DNA of 60,156 nucleotides, filler included, from Hausera hauseri (Eukaryota), in assembly GCA_046269625.1 (NCBI GenBank). It is 11 parts of 11 records of this genome, joined end to end, with 100 filler letters (N's around TTAATTAATTAA, not from the genome) between each part and the next. Parts side by side here need not be neighbours in the genome. Positions count along the whole stretch, not along the records: positions 43,765 to 51,270 come from JBJURY010010456.1; positions 51,371 to 55,320 come from JBJURY010864298.1; positions 55,421 to 60,156 come from JBJURY010455691.1; 8 more parts are not named here. One strand, 5' to 3'. The notes below the pieces were generated by a model, which was not told the DNA's origin, made no database searches, and saw nothing but the letters and a program-made list of their open reading frames with translations. How positions within the stretch are numbered: position 1 is the stretch's first letter; every line of letters begins with the position of its first letter. Shown piece after piece: positions 47,401 through 59,382 of the stretch. The position numbers were made by a program, and so were the translations under genes.

Positions 47401-49813
47401 TTAAAAATGGAATTTCATGATTGAGATATAAGTCCAAAAAGAATTCCTGACGACGAGTTTCAGCAGTTGGTATGATTATTTCATTTATTTTTGTTTCGGG
47501 AGGAATTACCATAGCCTCTCGAGGTATTAATTGATTCCAATCTTGCCAATTTTCACTTGATTTCTTTTCAAAACAAAAGTCGTACACAGTCAATCTCTCG
47601 GGGAATGAATTGCTTTTGGTCAGTTTTATGGATTTGGGTTTCGGAAATTCTGGGTTAACGCCACCAACTAGATCACGAAAGAACGCGTCAAATTTTATCC
47701 GTCCACTGTCATTCAAAGTCGATCCAATAGACCAGACGAATGAAAATAGAAATAATCCTTGTATCCACAAATATATATTTTGAGCATTTATCGTTACGAC
47801 TTCGCTTTCTTCGGTGGGTTCACCTTCTGATGATGTTGGTTGACCTCGAAGTTCATCCAACAATGAATGAAATAATCTTTGAAGCTGCACGACATCATGA
47901 ATTTCTGATGTTTCCATTAATTTCTTACAATTATGGCGAATAAAATTAAGACAGGGGTCAACCAACCATTCAAATAAATCTCGCATTAATTGAACATGTT
48001 CTTCATTAAAACAGGTAGGCAGTTCATACTGAATGAAAGATGCCACAAAAGGACGCCAACCAAGTTGCGATGGTTCAAGGTATATCATTCCACATCTCGA
48101 TACAGTTGCCGGTGAAGCTTGTTCAAGGTCGGCTGGTTCAAAAATTAAATTCATTTTGTTCGTCATTTGAATAATTTCACCACTCATTAAACACAATTTC
48201 TTATTATCGTCAAGAACAGTATTCATGTTTTCAATCCAAACGGCATCAACTGGACCGTCAAATAATAACCATCGACGTTTCTCATCTTGTGCAGTAGCAA
48301 AGTCTCTAAACATGACTGCTAACACTCCATCAGTCCATTCATGAGACACGGGATCAAATTGCCCGTATAGCTGATCCATCGTTATGGAATTTGGATTAAT
48401 TTTTCCATAGATAACTTCATATTTCTCCATTACACCACCAGCAGTTATGTCAGTTAATGCTGCAGCCAATGCTTGATAGCCCTGTGTCTTACCACCAAAT
48501 GATTCACCGACAATCATCAAACCATGACGAACAAGAATCATTTCGTAAATTTGCAATATTTTTTCAATGTACCATTCATTGTGTTGAAGCTTACGTTTTG
48601 TGAGATTCTCTTTGACAGCATTATCATTAGTCACAGTAATGACAAGAATGTCATTCTCAACTTCTTTCAATCGATTCTCCAAATACGCAGAATGATCCTT
48701 TATGGATACAACATAGTTCATGAATCCTTTAAAATTTCTGATAAATTCTGTGAAGTCCCCAATGTTTTCTGGCTCGAATAATCCGTGAATTTGCAGCATT
48801 TTATCGAGTTCTGTAAGTTGCAAGTTGCTTATCTCAGTCTGGATATTTTGCTCAGATTTCTTTGATTCTCTCAACAGACTTGTGTAGTATTCATCGGTCA
48901 TATCGGATTTTTCCTGCTCCAGTTCAGAAATTCGCTGTTGTAATCCGTCACGGTGGTTATGCAGTTTCTCGATAAGTTTCTTGTCGAATTCGATGATATC
49001 TGTCGTTTGTATGGCAGAATCGTTGTTATGACGACAATTACTTTGAATGGTCTTGTCCAACTCGTCCATTCGTGACAGCACCGTTGTCAACAACCGCACA
49101 ATTTTGTCATTGTAACATTTGACATTCGTCATCAACCTCATCGAGTTCGTCTGTTCAGTCAATTTGGATACGTCGATGAGCAAAGCGGATACCGACAACA
49201 GAATTGATTTGTTTTCCTTATCGAGCTGTTTATTCGCCAATTTCAGTTCATCAATCAACGATTGCTTCTTCACTAAAACGGTGGACATTTCTGCAGTTGC
49301 ATTTGAATTGTTGTGCAATTCGGTATTCGAATTTATTAAACTTTTTTCTGCTCTCAACGATCGATTTTCTTCTTGTAATTTTGTACTATGCATTAACAAA
49401 TCCGAATATTTGGCGGATAATTCGGACAGTTCATGACGAATATTAACATCCAATTGACTCATTTCGACCTTTGCTTCTTTCAATTTTGTCAATTCTTCTT
49501 CCAGCTCGACTTTATTCGATCGAGCTGCGTTCAGTTTTCTCATTATGCTATCGTTCATTTGAATGCCTTCGTGCGAGATTTGCTGGCGAATAGTTCGCTC
49601 ATGGTCCAGACATTGTTGCAATTCGAGTATTTTGTTCTTCATAACTCCATTTTGTTCCTGTAAATTGCTGATGGTATTCGACAACGCTTTACTTTTGTTG
49701 GCCAGTTTCATACAATTCTCGTTCGAGCACGCCCAGTTCCGATTCGGACTAGCATCGGACATGAGCAGTTTCGTTACTTCTTCATTGCGTTTCAGAAATT
49801 CTTCCATTTCCAA
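44429..49813 (-). CDS. Intronless chimeric ORF: coiled coil (aa 1-~397) + axonemal inner-arm dynein heavy chain AAA2-to-stalk fragment (~48620-44805) + unrelated tail
   Basis: VRHGLMIVGESFGGKT, WLLFDGPVDAVWIENMNTVLDDNKKLCL, GPTGTGKS, SHYVFNLRDF, GIGGSGRQS, FPSLINCCTIDWF, YVTPTSYLE, VVAPKK (DNAH3/7/12-type). The dynein N-terminal tail, AAA1, AAA5 and AAA6 are missing. Confidence 0.85.
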   Translation of the reverse strand: MEMEEFLKRNEEVTKLLMSDASPNRNWACSNENCMKLANKSKALSNTISNLQEQNGVMKNKILELQQCLDHERTIRQQISHEGIQMNDSIMRKLNAARSNKVELEEELTKLKEAKVEMSQLDVNIRHELSELSAKYSDLLMHSTKLQEENRSLRAEKSLINSNTELHNNSNATAEMSTVLVKKQSLIDELKLANKQLDKENKSILLSVSALLIDVSKLTEQTNSMRLMTNVKCYNDKIVRLLTTVLSRMDELDKTIQSNCRHNNDSAIQTTDIIEFDKKLIEKLHNHRDGLQQRISELEQEKSDMTDEYYTSLLRESKKSEQNIQTEISNLQLTELDKMLQIHGLFEPENIGDFTEFIRNFKGFMNYVVSIKDHSAYLENRLKEVENDILVITVTNDNAVKENLTKRKLQHNEWYIEKILQIYEMILVRHGLMIVGESFGGKTQGYQALAAALTDITAGGVMEKYEVIYGKINPNSITMDQLYGQFDPVSHEWTDGVLAVMFRDFATAQDEKRRWLLFDGPVDAVWIENMNTVLDDNKKLCLMSGEIIQMTNKMNLIFEPADLEQASPATVSRCGMIYLEPSQLGWRPFVASFIQYELPTCFNEEHVQLMRDLFEWLVDPCLNFIRHNCKKLMETSEIHDVVQLQRLFHSLLDELRGQPTSSEGEPTEESEVVTINAQNIYLWIQGLFLFSFVWSIGSTLNDSGRIKFDAFFRDLVGGVNPEFPKPKSIKLTKSNSFPERLTVYDFCFEKKSSENWQDWNQLIPREAMVIPPETKINEIIIPTAETRRQEFFLDLYLNHEIPFLIVGPTGTGKSALVNNYIVHLPKDRYLANNINFSARTSANQTQDIIMSKLDRRRKGVYGPPPEKRYVVFVDDLSMPAKEKYGAQPPIELLRQWVDHGHWYDKKDTSKLMLVDTLLLAAMSPPGGGRNDVSYRMVRHFNILGINEFSENTMTRIFTAIVDWHFEHGFDSAFGRLGKMLVTATMTVYKKAILNFLPTPAKSHYVFNLRDFARFIKGLLLIPSTHMTNTDKLMRLWVHEVYRVFYDRLTMDEDRKKFFDIVKSTTADCFKTNIDKILCHLNLSGKVADEDVRGLIFGDYMTDDKIYDEVVDIKLLGKRMDTFLEDYNAVSKAPMFQFAMEHISRVSRVLKQDNGHALLVGIGGSGRQSASKMTAYMAEYELFVIEITRNYGHNEWRDDLKKLLTKAGCDAKPIIFLFSDNQIKQESFMEDISMLLNTGDVPNLYAADEKAELLEKIQNAARIEGQKIDSTPMALYNYFTERVKQNLHIVLAMSPIGDAFRNRLRMFPSLINCCTIDWFQAWPQDALEMVASKILEDIEMDDNTRDAIVAMCKFYHKSVRFLSKEFLSTLRRYNYVTPTSYLELIKTFKKLLNIKRNELLTLRNRYLTGLEKLDFAAQEVGKMQLELKALQPQLIETSEQTDRLLEKVEQDTVEVEAKRELLAAEQAVANEKASISQAIKDECEADLAEAMPISKDALAYLDTLKQNDITLVRTMKNPPSVIKFVLEAVCIMLGEKPDRKPDPSSGKMIENFWPPSVKILSDFKFLERLKYYNIDNINPQYMKRLRDNYIPNPDFDPKIVRNASTACEGLCKWIKALDKYDYVAKVVAPKKQKLAVAEKEFEVELKHLAEKKALLDEVEAKLQAITDQFEKLELAIIGIEIEIDNYISESKNDKNRKKTSLGMLTALFRATIIDFNEATEPLEKSVKSTEPSSPLIFDTTVDAQMESHKNQLWTISVSMQTSALACLVYYHSWSKSIDVDLVVDCIAIFQIRPRI

Positions 49814-49861
49814 ATTCGCTTGACGAATTCGTGTATCGACATCTTTTGACAGATTCTCGAT

Positions 49862-51270
49862 TCAATTCTTCAATGAAAACGTTTCCGAATTGTCGTCGAT
49901 GGATTTTGAACCAGACAATTGTGCATTTTGTTTCAATTTAGCATTTTCCTTCGTCAATAAATTCAGTTTCTTTTCGAAATGCTTCTTCAGTTTAATGCAC
50001 TTGGCTTTCAGAACATCATTCGCTCTTGCCGCTTCTCGGCATTTTTCCTCCAACGAACTGATCGTCGAATGGAAATTTCGTTTTTCCCAACTGAATTTAT
50101 CCAAATCCGATTTAAATTCGGCATTTATTGACGTCAATAATTCGAATTCTGTTTGTAAATTCCATAAATCATTTTCAATTGTCTGTTTTTCCAAATATAA
50201 CTTATCGTAATCCGCTGTCGAATTCGCCAGAAACAAACGTAAATCTTCTTGTACTTGATTGCTTTCTTCGATTTGTCGTTCTAGCAATTTCAGTCGAGCG
50301 GCGGCGACAGCGGCAGCAGCGTCAACTTCAATTCTATTCGTTTCAGTTAATGTCTGCACAATGTCTGCACAGCATTCGCTTAATTCGCTCGTCAACAGAT
50401 CCATTTTGTCCTTCAATTTTGTAATTTGATACAGTTTCTCATTGAACGCAAATCCGTTCGGATCTTCAACGAGTTTCACTTTTACAACAATCGTTTTCAC
50501 TCTATTACAAATTGTGTCCCATTCGGCATCGTTTTCAATAATCTCAATCTTCTCACGCAGAATGGTCAGTTCTCGTTCTAATTGTTGATTTTCCTTTACG
50601 AGAATATCTCGCGAATCAGTTTCCAACAGTTCATCGAGTTTTCCTTGCAGTAAAATTGATTCATCGGATAGACGAGTTAAGTGAACTTCAACTTCTTCTT
50701 TTTCCTTTGATATTCGTGTTACTTCATCATTCAATGCAATTAGTTCCTGTTCGAGTTTCGCTTTTTCATTCAATACGTTATTCTTCTCGTGAATCGATTT
50801 TTTCAACTGTTTGACATTTTCCCTCGAATTTGTCGTTAATTCCATCAATTTTCCTTTGATCATTCTAATGGCTTGTAAAATGTAAATGGGTTGCTTTGTC
50901 ATTATTGTCTCATCAGACTCGATCGATGCCATATCTACATCACAAATATTTCGATCTATGTCAACGAGTTCATCGAACAGTAGACCGAATACTGAATCTG
51001 ATTCATCGTTTGCATTACGCAATTCAATGACTGTGTTCTGCAACGACATGATTTGATTTTCTAAATCAATTTTCTCCTGAATTATACCCGTTTTTTCATT
51101 CAATTCTTCATCGAGTCTCTCGGACAACAATTTTGAATCAGTTTGTAACCTTCGCAATTCATCAAGATCACTATTCATTTGAAATAGTTTTGATAGTTCT
51201 TGTTGCAATTTTTCTTTTTCCAATAACAAACGTTCTCCATCTTGTATAACTTGTTTCCGTTCGTCTTCTT
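49862..51270 (-). CDS. Long coiled-coil protein, 5' truncated; same frame as the 1794-aa ORF, separated by one TGA
   Basis: Heptad-rich E/K/L sequence. It reads ...FSLKN*IENLSKDVDTRIRQANLEMEEF with 48 nt between the two ORFs. Confidence 0.7.
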
Positions 51271-51959
51271 NNNNNNNNNNNNNNNNNNNNNNNNNNNNNN
51301 NNNNNNNNNNNNNNTTAATTAATTAANNNNNNNNNNNNNNNNNNNNNNNNNNNNNNNNNNNNNNNNNNNNGGCCCAGTTAATTTGAAACCTCCTGTAAAA
51401 AATAGGAAATAAAAGCATTTTAACAAACTGGCAAATATGATAAATATTTCTATTTTTCTGGCCAGTTTATAGGTATTATCGGATTCGGGTCCATTTTTCC
51501 TTTTAAATATTTGTGTTATTATCAGTGGAATACAGAGAGTAATAAGCAAACAGGAAAATAAAAAGCAGGCTTTTAGAGGTACGCTAATCTAGAATTTAAA
51601 TAATGTTTGCAATTTGCTTAATACTAAGTGATTTGTTTTCCATAATAGATCCATTAATTCAGTAATGAAAATGTAAAGCATCAATAAACTGCTAAAATGC
51701 TTTTGGATGACTTTGAGACGCATTTAGACGGCATAGTTACAAATTGTTGTTGTATATTTGTTACAACTTTTAACAGAAGAGGTGAGCGCATTTAACTATA
51801 TCAATCACCTATGCCATTCTTTTGCCAATAACATCTCTTTAACTAGTGGGACCTCCACTGAGAACATATATTCCTTCAGAGCCACTGAGTTGCAAGTTAA
51901 TGGACGGCATCTGGTACAATATGCGGTTTTGTTTAAGTTTTGAAGATCTTCATCTTTTG

Positions 51960-54900
51960 AAACGGAAAATCGGGGCCTGCCTATGTGCCCGACGCGCCGG
52001 CAGCAGAAGCCCGACCGTGCCCAACCGAATGGGCCAGAGGGCGACGGTCGACGTGGGCACCACATCACCCCCTCCGTGGCAAAGTTAAAACTATGAAGAA
52101 GAAAAGGATAGAAAGAAAAAATCGCAAAACGAAGTGTTTGTGTCAGTTGAGCTCAGTATGAATAAGACATTCAATTCCTTTGACTTATTTTTCCTTACTA
52201 TACTTGTTCAATGTGGCTTTGCGTGTTGTGTTTTTACGCGATGTGTTTGTTTGCAGAGACTGAGATTGGGGAAAATTTGGTAGATTTTGATGGGGGTGTT
52301 GTGTCGTGTGAAGATGAGTCGGAGTGAAGAGAAGAAGAAGATGAAGAAGGAAGAGTGATTGTTGAAGACGGATGATTAAAGGCACTGAAAAGAGTGTTAG
52401 AAGATAAAGGAGTGATGACAGGTGTATTGCTGGATAAAGGCAGAGTGGAAAAAGTTGTAGTAAAGATTGGAATTGTGTTAAGTGAAAGAGTGGAAGAGGA
52501 AAATGAAACAGAGGGAGTGGTAGGAATAGAAGTAGAAAGTGTAAAAAATGATGGAGCAGGACTAGGAGCAGAAGAGGAAGGTGGAAATGGTGTACCAATA
52601 GATGTAGTGATAGCAGGGAGTGGAGGAGTGAAAAAAGAAGTTGACGTGTCGGTTGTTAAGGTGTCGTCGACAAAGAAAGCGCGCTTTAAGTTGGTAATGT
52701 GTACTGTAAAGTCTTTGCCGTCTTTAGAAATAATGGCGTTGTGTGAGTGTAGCTGTATCAGTTCATAGGGCCCCAGGGACCGCGGCTGAAAACCCCAAGG
52801 CGCTTGATTCTTTAGCCATACAAATTTTGCCGTGTACAAATCTTCGGGTATGTATGTTTTGTCTTTGTGAAGTATCCTGCAGAACGAATCTTTACTGACT
52901 TCGACGAAGTGATTTTGCGCCGCCCGTATCATCTTATCTGCGGGAGTGTCGTCCAGGGCGGTTAGTTCGAATAATGATCGGATAGGAGCTCTGAATAAGG
53001 CTTCAGTAGGTGAGCATCCTGTAGAAGTGGACGAAGTGTTCCGCCAGCCGAGCAGAACGAACGGAAAAAGATTCGTCCAACTAGTGTTGGACTCTGCGAG
53101 GATTCGTAGTGACGTTTTCAATGTTTAGTGGAAACGTTCTAGAAGGCCATTTCATTGGGGCTGATAAAGCGTAGTATGCATGTGGTGTATCCCCAATCGG
53201 TTAACAAGGGATTTGAACAGGTTGGATTCAAACTGTGGATCCTGGTCCGTGATGATGAAGCGAGGTGATCCAAACCTGCTAATCCATGTACGAATGAAAA
53301 CGTCAGATATAGTGTCGGTGTTTGTGCTCCGCAGAGGTTAGGCTTCTGGCCATCGCGAGGAACGGTCCACCATAATGCGGATGAATTAATGTCCGTTGTC
53401 CGGAGGAAGAGGGCCAACGATATCGATATGCACGGATTCGAAACGCGATGTGCAGGGAAAGTGGAATAGTAATGGTTTCAAATGCTTAGCTGTTTTGTAT
53501 TTTTGGCAAGCCACACATTCCTTAACCCATGCCTGCACATCAGAACTCATTAACGGCCAAATTACTTGTCGATGAAGTAGACGAAAAGTGGCTTTAGCAC
53601 CAGGATGGTGTAGTGAATGCACGCTGTGAAATGCTTGCCTTTGCAATAATGGTGCTAGAATTATTACGGAATGGCCTGGTTTGGAAGTGTATAAAGCCAC
53701 GCCGTCAACAATTGTGCAAAACTTGAAAGAATTAAGCATGTCTTGAGGTGACTGGTTCTGCTGAAGTTGAGCTTGTGTAAAAATCGGTGAAAAATTAATC
53801 GAACTAACCGATATAGATAAAAAATTGGCAACTAAATTATTAACCCAATTAATACGTTTTATGTTGAGGTTAAATGTCAACAAGTATGATATCTGTCGTT
53901 CTTGGCGTGTGGAAGGATGTTTCATAGTCATGATGTTAATTAAGGGTTTGTGATCGGTTTATGTAATAAAATGGCGAGCAATAAGTAGGTGGGAGAAATG
54001 CTTTAAAGCAAGAACGATAACCAATAACTCTTTATTGAACGTTGAATATCTGGTTTCAGGGGTTGTTAGCTTGCGAGAGAAAAATTCTAACTGTTGATTT
54101 TCTCCTTTGTGGATTTGGTAAAGCACAGCACCTACCGCAGTGGTTTTTAAGGGCTTCAACTCGGTCTGGCTGAGGAGAGTGGCCGCTTGGTGAAGTAACG
54201 TGGTCTATGTGTTGATGTGCTTTTTGAAGAAATGGCATTTATTGAAATTGACTTGGAGATTCTGGTGGTAAGGCGTTGAAATGTTGCGCGAAGGTGTTCC
54301 TCGTGTTGTTTGGCCGAAGACGTAACGATCAGAATATCATCAATATAATGCTGCGCAAACGGAAAATCTGAGAGAATCGAATCAATATGTCGCTGAAAGG
54401 TCTGTGCGACATTTCGCAATCCAAAAGGCATAAACATGTACTCGTAGAGGCCAAAAAGAGTAGTGACAGCAAATTTTTCTATGTATTCGGGTGCCACCGG
54501 TATTTGGTAATATGGTTTGGCCAAATCGATGGTCGAATAAATGGTAGTTGAACTAAAGCAATGCAGGATGTCCTTGATGAGTGGTAAGGGGTACGCATCC
54601 ATGATTTTCAAGTTGTTCAACTGGCGATAGTCACCGCATGGTGTAAGAGTACCGTCTTTTTTGTACGACGTGTAAAGGTGACGACCAAGGAGATTTGGAA
54701 CGGCGTACAATGCCGGAATGTTCTAGTTGAAGAAATTCGGCTCCTACGGCCTGTCTACAACGAGGTGACTGTGGTCCCACCTTTTGACGTATTGATAGTT
54801 GATGTTGTGTAATTATGTGATGTACAATGTTGTTTGTAGAGGTAAACAAACGATATTTTTTAAGTATATGTCGACATGATGTGGTAACAAATTGCTGTAA

Positions 54901-55320
54901 AGTTATAGACAAATGTGATAGATTCGATGATGATGGTGAAACAGTTTGAGTAGTAGCGGATGCGATTTGTGAATTGTTTTGTGATGTTCAGTCAAGTGGT
55001 ATTTTGTGTACGATGGTCAAACCGAAAATGGTGTTGGATGAAGTGATTTCGTCAAGTGAATAAACATTGGTGGCAGTACCACAATTATTGACATTGAATC
55101 TCCATCGAATATCGATATTATTATTTAAAAATTTACGAACTGAATTATTGTTATAGAAATTTTAATTATTTATTGATTTTCCCAAAATTGACCTCCGTGT
55201 CTCGATTGACTGTACGGTAGTCGAAATGCTATTGTCATGCTCAGTAATGCTGCCAGTGATGCCGCTCCTCAGCATTGTTGAGTGCAGTCAACCAATAAAT
55301 TATAATGTGATAGGAAATCG
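51960..55320 (-). mobile_element. Ty3/Gypsy copy C (same family as A and B): RT-RH-IN with S/T/P-rich tail, PPT and start of 3' LTR
   Basis: [42 protein letters not shown]. Polypurine tract GGAGGGGG (52075-52068) is followed by TGTGG at 52064. Confidence 0.9.
52065..52075 (-). promoter_or_regulatory. Polypurine tract preceding the 3' LTR
   Basis: GGAGGGGGTGA|TGTGGTG downstream of the integrase stop. Confidence 0.7.
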
Positions 55321-55420
55321 NNNNNNNNNNNNNNNNNNNNNNNNNNNNNNNNNNNNNNNNNNNNTTAATTAATTAANNNNNNNNNNNNNNNNNNNNNNNN
55401 NNNNNNNNNNNNNNNNNNNN

Positions 55421-57900
55421 ACTACGTAAACCAAATGGCATAAAGATATATTCGTAGAGGCCAAATGGAGTGATAATAGCAGTTTTTGGAATATCATAAT
55501 GTGCAACGGGAATTTGATGATATGCCTTATGCAAGTCAGTTTTGGAGTACGTGTTAGTATTGGTGAGGCTATGCAGGATGTCATTTATGAGAGGTAAAGG
55601 GTAAGCATCCATGACTGTTAGATTATTTAATTGCCGATAATCACCGCATATTCTGTGTGTGCCATCTTTCTTCGTCACAACATGCAAAGACGAAGCCCAC
55701 GGTGATTTGCATCGTCGGATAATGCCCGCCTTTTCCAGTTCATTGAACTCTGATTCAACAGCTTTTCGTCTGCGAGGTGAAAATGGCCTTACCTTTTGTC
55801 TAATAGGTGTTTGGTGTTCGGTGACTATGTGGTGATATGTTGTAGAATGCGGCTTAAAATTGATGTCCTTCTTAAGAGTACGGGAACAAAAAGTTTTAAT
55901 GTAGGATTTAAGGTCAGAATCTAACGATAAGAATGATGAGGGCACATCATTCAAAGAGTCATTGGCTATAATTGATGTAGATTGATTAAATGCTTCATTA
56001 AAGACATTTGGTTCAGCAGATTGTTTCAGGATTGATTTATTCCAACTTGACGAGATTGAAAATATTGATGAAACGTTAAACGTGTTGTTGTTAACCGATG
56101 AACAGGATGTCACATTGACATTTGAATGATCTGAGGAAGACAAAGTGTCTGACTAATCGTTTTGTGAGTATTTGTTAGAATTTGCAGTGAAGTTTTTGCG
56201 CAGGAGGCATATATGCTTGCAGTCGACTAACAAGTCGTATGCAGCCAAGAAATCGGAGCCTTTTATGGGCGATCTGATGTTGGCTATGTCAAAATTCCAG
56301 GAAAATTTCCCTGGTAGGTTGAAGAATGTGAGGGTTAGTTTTGTGATACCTACAATGTTCAAAGGTTGACCACAGGCAGTGAAGAGTGGAGGAGAGAAAA
56401 CTGTGTTGGATGTAGGAGCGAAAGACAAAGGAAGAAGCGAAAAAGCAACTCCTGAATGAATAAGGAATTCTATATTTGATGTGTCTCCAAATAGCAGATC
56501 AGTTTTCAACAGAAAGACTGCAGAGGCGGTGTTGAAATGGCCAGTAGTTTGAACGATATTGCCTGTACCAGAATGTGCCGTGGCATCTGGTGGCATTATT
56601 GGTTTTTTGAGCCTTGTTGGTAGAAAGAGAAGGAATGGTGAGTTCGCGGAGGCGAAGAAGATGGAGAAGAATTAGAATTCCTTTTATAATGTTTACATCC
56701 TGGCACGCATGACCTAGCCTTGGACTGGTACTTTGCGTGATAGATGCAAATTGGATTGTCTACAACATATCGTGCATCCTAAAATTGACAGCCTAAAACA
56801 CATTTCCTTGCTTCCTTTCGAAAACGCGTGTGGTAGAAACAAGTCATACGTCCGCCAGGTGAAATGGATCTAGAAGAGTGCATTAAAGTGCTTTGTTCCC
56901 GTGTACCTCTGGTTTCACTTTGTCGAGGCCCATTAAGATTACTTAGTTGGGTAGTAATGGCCAAAATCGATTGTTGTAGCATATCAAACTACTGCTGCAT
57001 CATCTGCAATTGTTGAGTAAACAATGTTGTATCTGTAGTTGGAGCACATGTGGTTGCAGCCGCAACAGGGAGAGAACTGTTAGTATGAAGAATCTCAAAA
57101 GATTTGTCAGCCATTATTGCCAGTTTTTCGATTGCAGTGGATTTGTCAACAACGGTTATTAAGGCTCTGACTGAAGCGGGTAAAGACGATAAGAAATAAC
57201 GGCGAATTAAATCTGCGTTATTCGTAGGGGTCACTCTAGCGCGCTGATCTGTCGAATGGCCGTTTTGAGAAAGTCGGATGGCTTTTGATTTCCTATTGCG
57301 TGGTCATTAAAATACTTCTGAATTATGCTGTCGATGGAAGGGTCGGTGATATGTAGAATTGATTCATACAGCATGTCATACGAGCTGGAAGAAGAGAGTA
57401 TGTTCTTCAGATTACTGATTTTCTGCTTGATGTTAGCTGGAAGTAATGGCAGCAAACTGTTAGCCCGAAGAAAGGAATCTGTAATGTGATTGGCTTTGAG
57501 CCATTGCAAGTGAAACTGTAACCAAGTGCGGCTCGAGTTCGTTTTATCTAGAAAAAAATCTGTGCAGTGGAGATTTAGAGATTTTGATGGTGATGGGTCG
57601 ACAGGACGACGACCAGATCTGGTCTTAGTGGAATTTTTAGCATAAGACGGATCGGGGTCCGATCTGCCCCGGACGCGATAATGAAGTGTGAGGTGAATGA
57701 TGAAGTGAGCAAAAAGAGAAGAAAGTGAGTCGGATGGATGTAAAACTGATCCATGGTATGACAGATAAAAATCAGAGGAATTGAGATGGGATGAAAGAGA
57801 AGAATAAATGATATGTGTAATTTCTGTGTTCTGCATATGTGGTATAGATGTGTTTGTTATTATGAAAAACAAAGAATGATAGGGGTTGAGAAATGATACC
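55421..57900 (-). mobile_element. Ty3/Gypsy copy B: UBL-gag, -1 frameshift, PR, RT start; 3' truncated
   Basis: DFYLSYHGSVL...LTLHYRVRGR|SDPDP, QKPSDFL, RRYFLSSLP, CFYHTRF...C..GC, slippery A-AAA-AAC (56608-56602), [24 protein letters not shown] and MPFGLR. Confidence 0.9.
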
Positions 57901-58543
57901 CGGGAGGTGTCCCGAGAGGATTTCGGCAGCGTTGAACCCGCACTGCCAAACTAGCAAGCATGAAATCGAAGCTCGACCTGAAAAATTACCACTCGATGGT
58001 AGGAGGAGGTCGAGATAGGTTATGTTAATAATTGTGGTAGTGCAACTACCAAAATGCATAAAAATGTGAAAAATCAATACTTGAATAGAGATAAAACCAG
58101 AGTGTCCGATCGTTTAAAGTGGAACCAGTAGAACAATAAAAGAATTTTTTATTTTAATGATTGAAGATTTTGTTGGTGAATTTAGTTGCAGAACCTTTAA
58201 TAATACTGTTTGATCGACCGGTACGTGATCCACACAAGACAAGAAATTAAAATATTTGCACGGTGTAAGAAGGGTGAGAATAACGGTTTTACAGTTGTCA
58301 GAATAGATTATTTTAAAGGTAACAGAAATTGGTAAGTCTACATGTAGATTATGGTAGATTATGCAGATTATTGTATGTGCGGTATTAGTATTGAAACTCG
58401 GTTCACCCTGAAAAGTAAATGAAAAGTATAAGATTATTATTCCATTAACATACATTCCTGTGTCATCGGATGTGTGTTGCAGATTGATAAAGGCAATGTT
58501 ACAATTCAATATTACAATAAGAGAGGTGGTTGAAAAATATGCT

Positions 58544-59074
58544 TCAGAATGTAACATAACATGTATTCAATGGTAATGAATAGTGATTAAATGTAAAAAA
58601 TGTATCAATAACTTCGCTACCGGTAGGCAGTCCAGCAACAATATAGAGATGCAGATAGACGGCTCGAACACTATCGAGCATGTATTGTTTAGCTTGTGTT
58701 GGTGTGCTGTGGCTATTATCCAACCGAACAGCATGGAATATGCGCGTTGTTAGTTCCGTATATTTCATCGCGTAGTCAACCCATACAATCAATTCCAGAC
58801 AAAGGTCAACAGCCGAATCTTCTTTATCAAGATTCGTTGAATCGATTAACTTATTAATAAGACCCGGGGCAAAATTCCAACAACAGCATTTAAGTAACAT
58901 AATTTTATTTTCATTTAGAGTTTTTGGATAGAATTTACTAATTATAAACTGATTAAATAGCCCGCTTGCCTTCAACAACAATTTTGATCCGGCTTTATTG
59001 TTCCACTTAATTTGATATTTATTGGGCGTTATCATCATTTTACTATTCAGAACACCCTTCGGGAATGTTTGCAA
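58544..59074 (-). other. Host-gene-like fragment, possible BACK/kelch-family piece
   Basis: LIVWVDY....TRIFHAVRLD resembles the BACK-domain W...VRL motif. The remainder is unassigned. Confidence 0.25.
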
Positions 59075-59382
59075 TGAGAAAACCGAATGAATAAAACCGA
59101 AAATTCAAAAAGCCATCGTGCGCAAACTATTCTCATCGTGCACCGAAATCGACTCATTTGAATTGTGCAATGGCCACAACCAAAAATTCAACACGGTTTG
59201 TGCATTAATCGAATTCAATTTCGTTAAATAATCCAAGAAATAGTCAACGATTTCTTGTTCGTTTTCGCTGTGAACAATCAACCGATCAATAATCGTATTA
59301 AGTGTTTCCCCACTAACAATTCCTTCATCCCAATCTGCAACATCTAACTGCTTATCTGCAGTGACTAAAATCAGATAATTCT

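Noticed and set aside
49862-49864. TGA reassignment (alternative genetic code) suggested by in-frame TGAs here and at 10324
   Set aside because: Only two cases. Conserved Trp positions in the 1794-aa ORF use TGG and that ORF has no internal TGA, so a point mutation is simpler.
44921-50424. Numerous plus-strand ORFs opposite the dynein/coiled-coil ORFs, and similar shadows opposite the polB genes
   Set aside because: Antisense shadows of real coding sequence with no independent motifs.
52185-52768. Overlapping hydrophobic or low-complexity ORFs as an env-like gene
   Set aside because: They are alternative-frame and antisense readings of the S/T/P-rich integrase tail, with no signal peptide or fusion-protein motifs.
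51371-57900. Gypsy B and C as one continuous element
   Set aside because: They are separated by a linker, and both contain the same RT N-terminal region with different sequence, so they are distinct copies.
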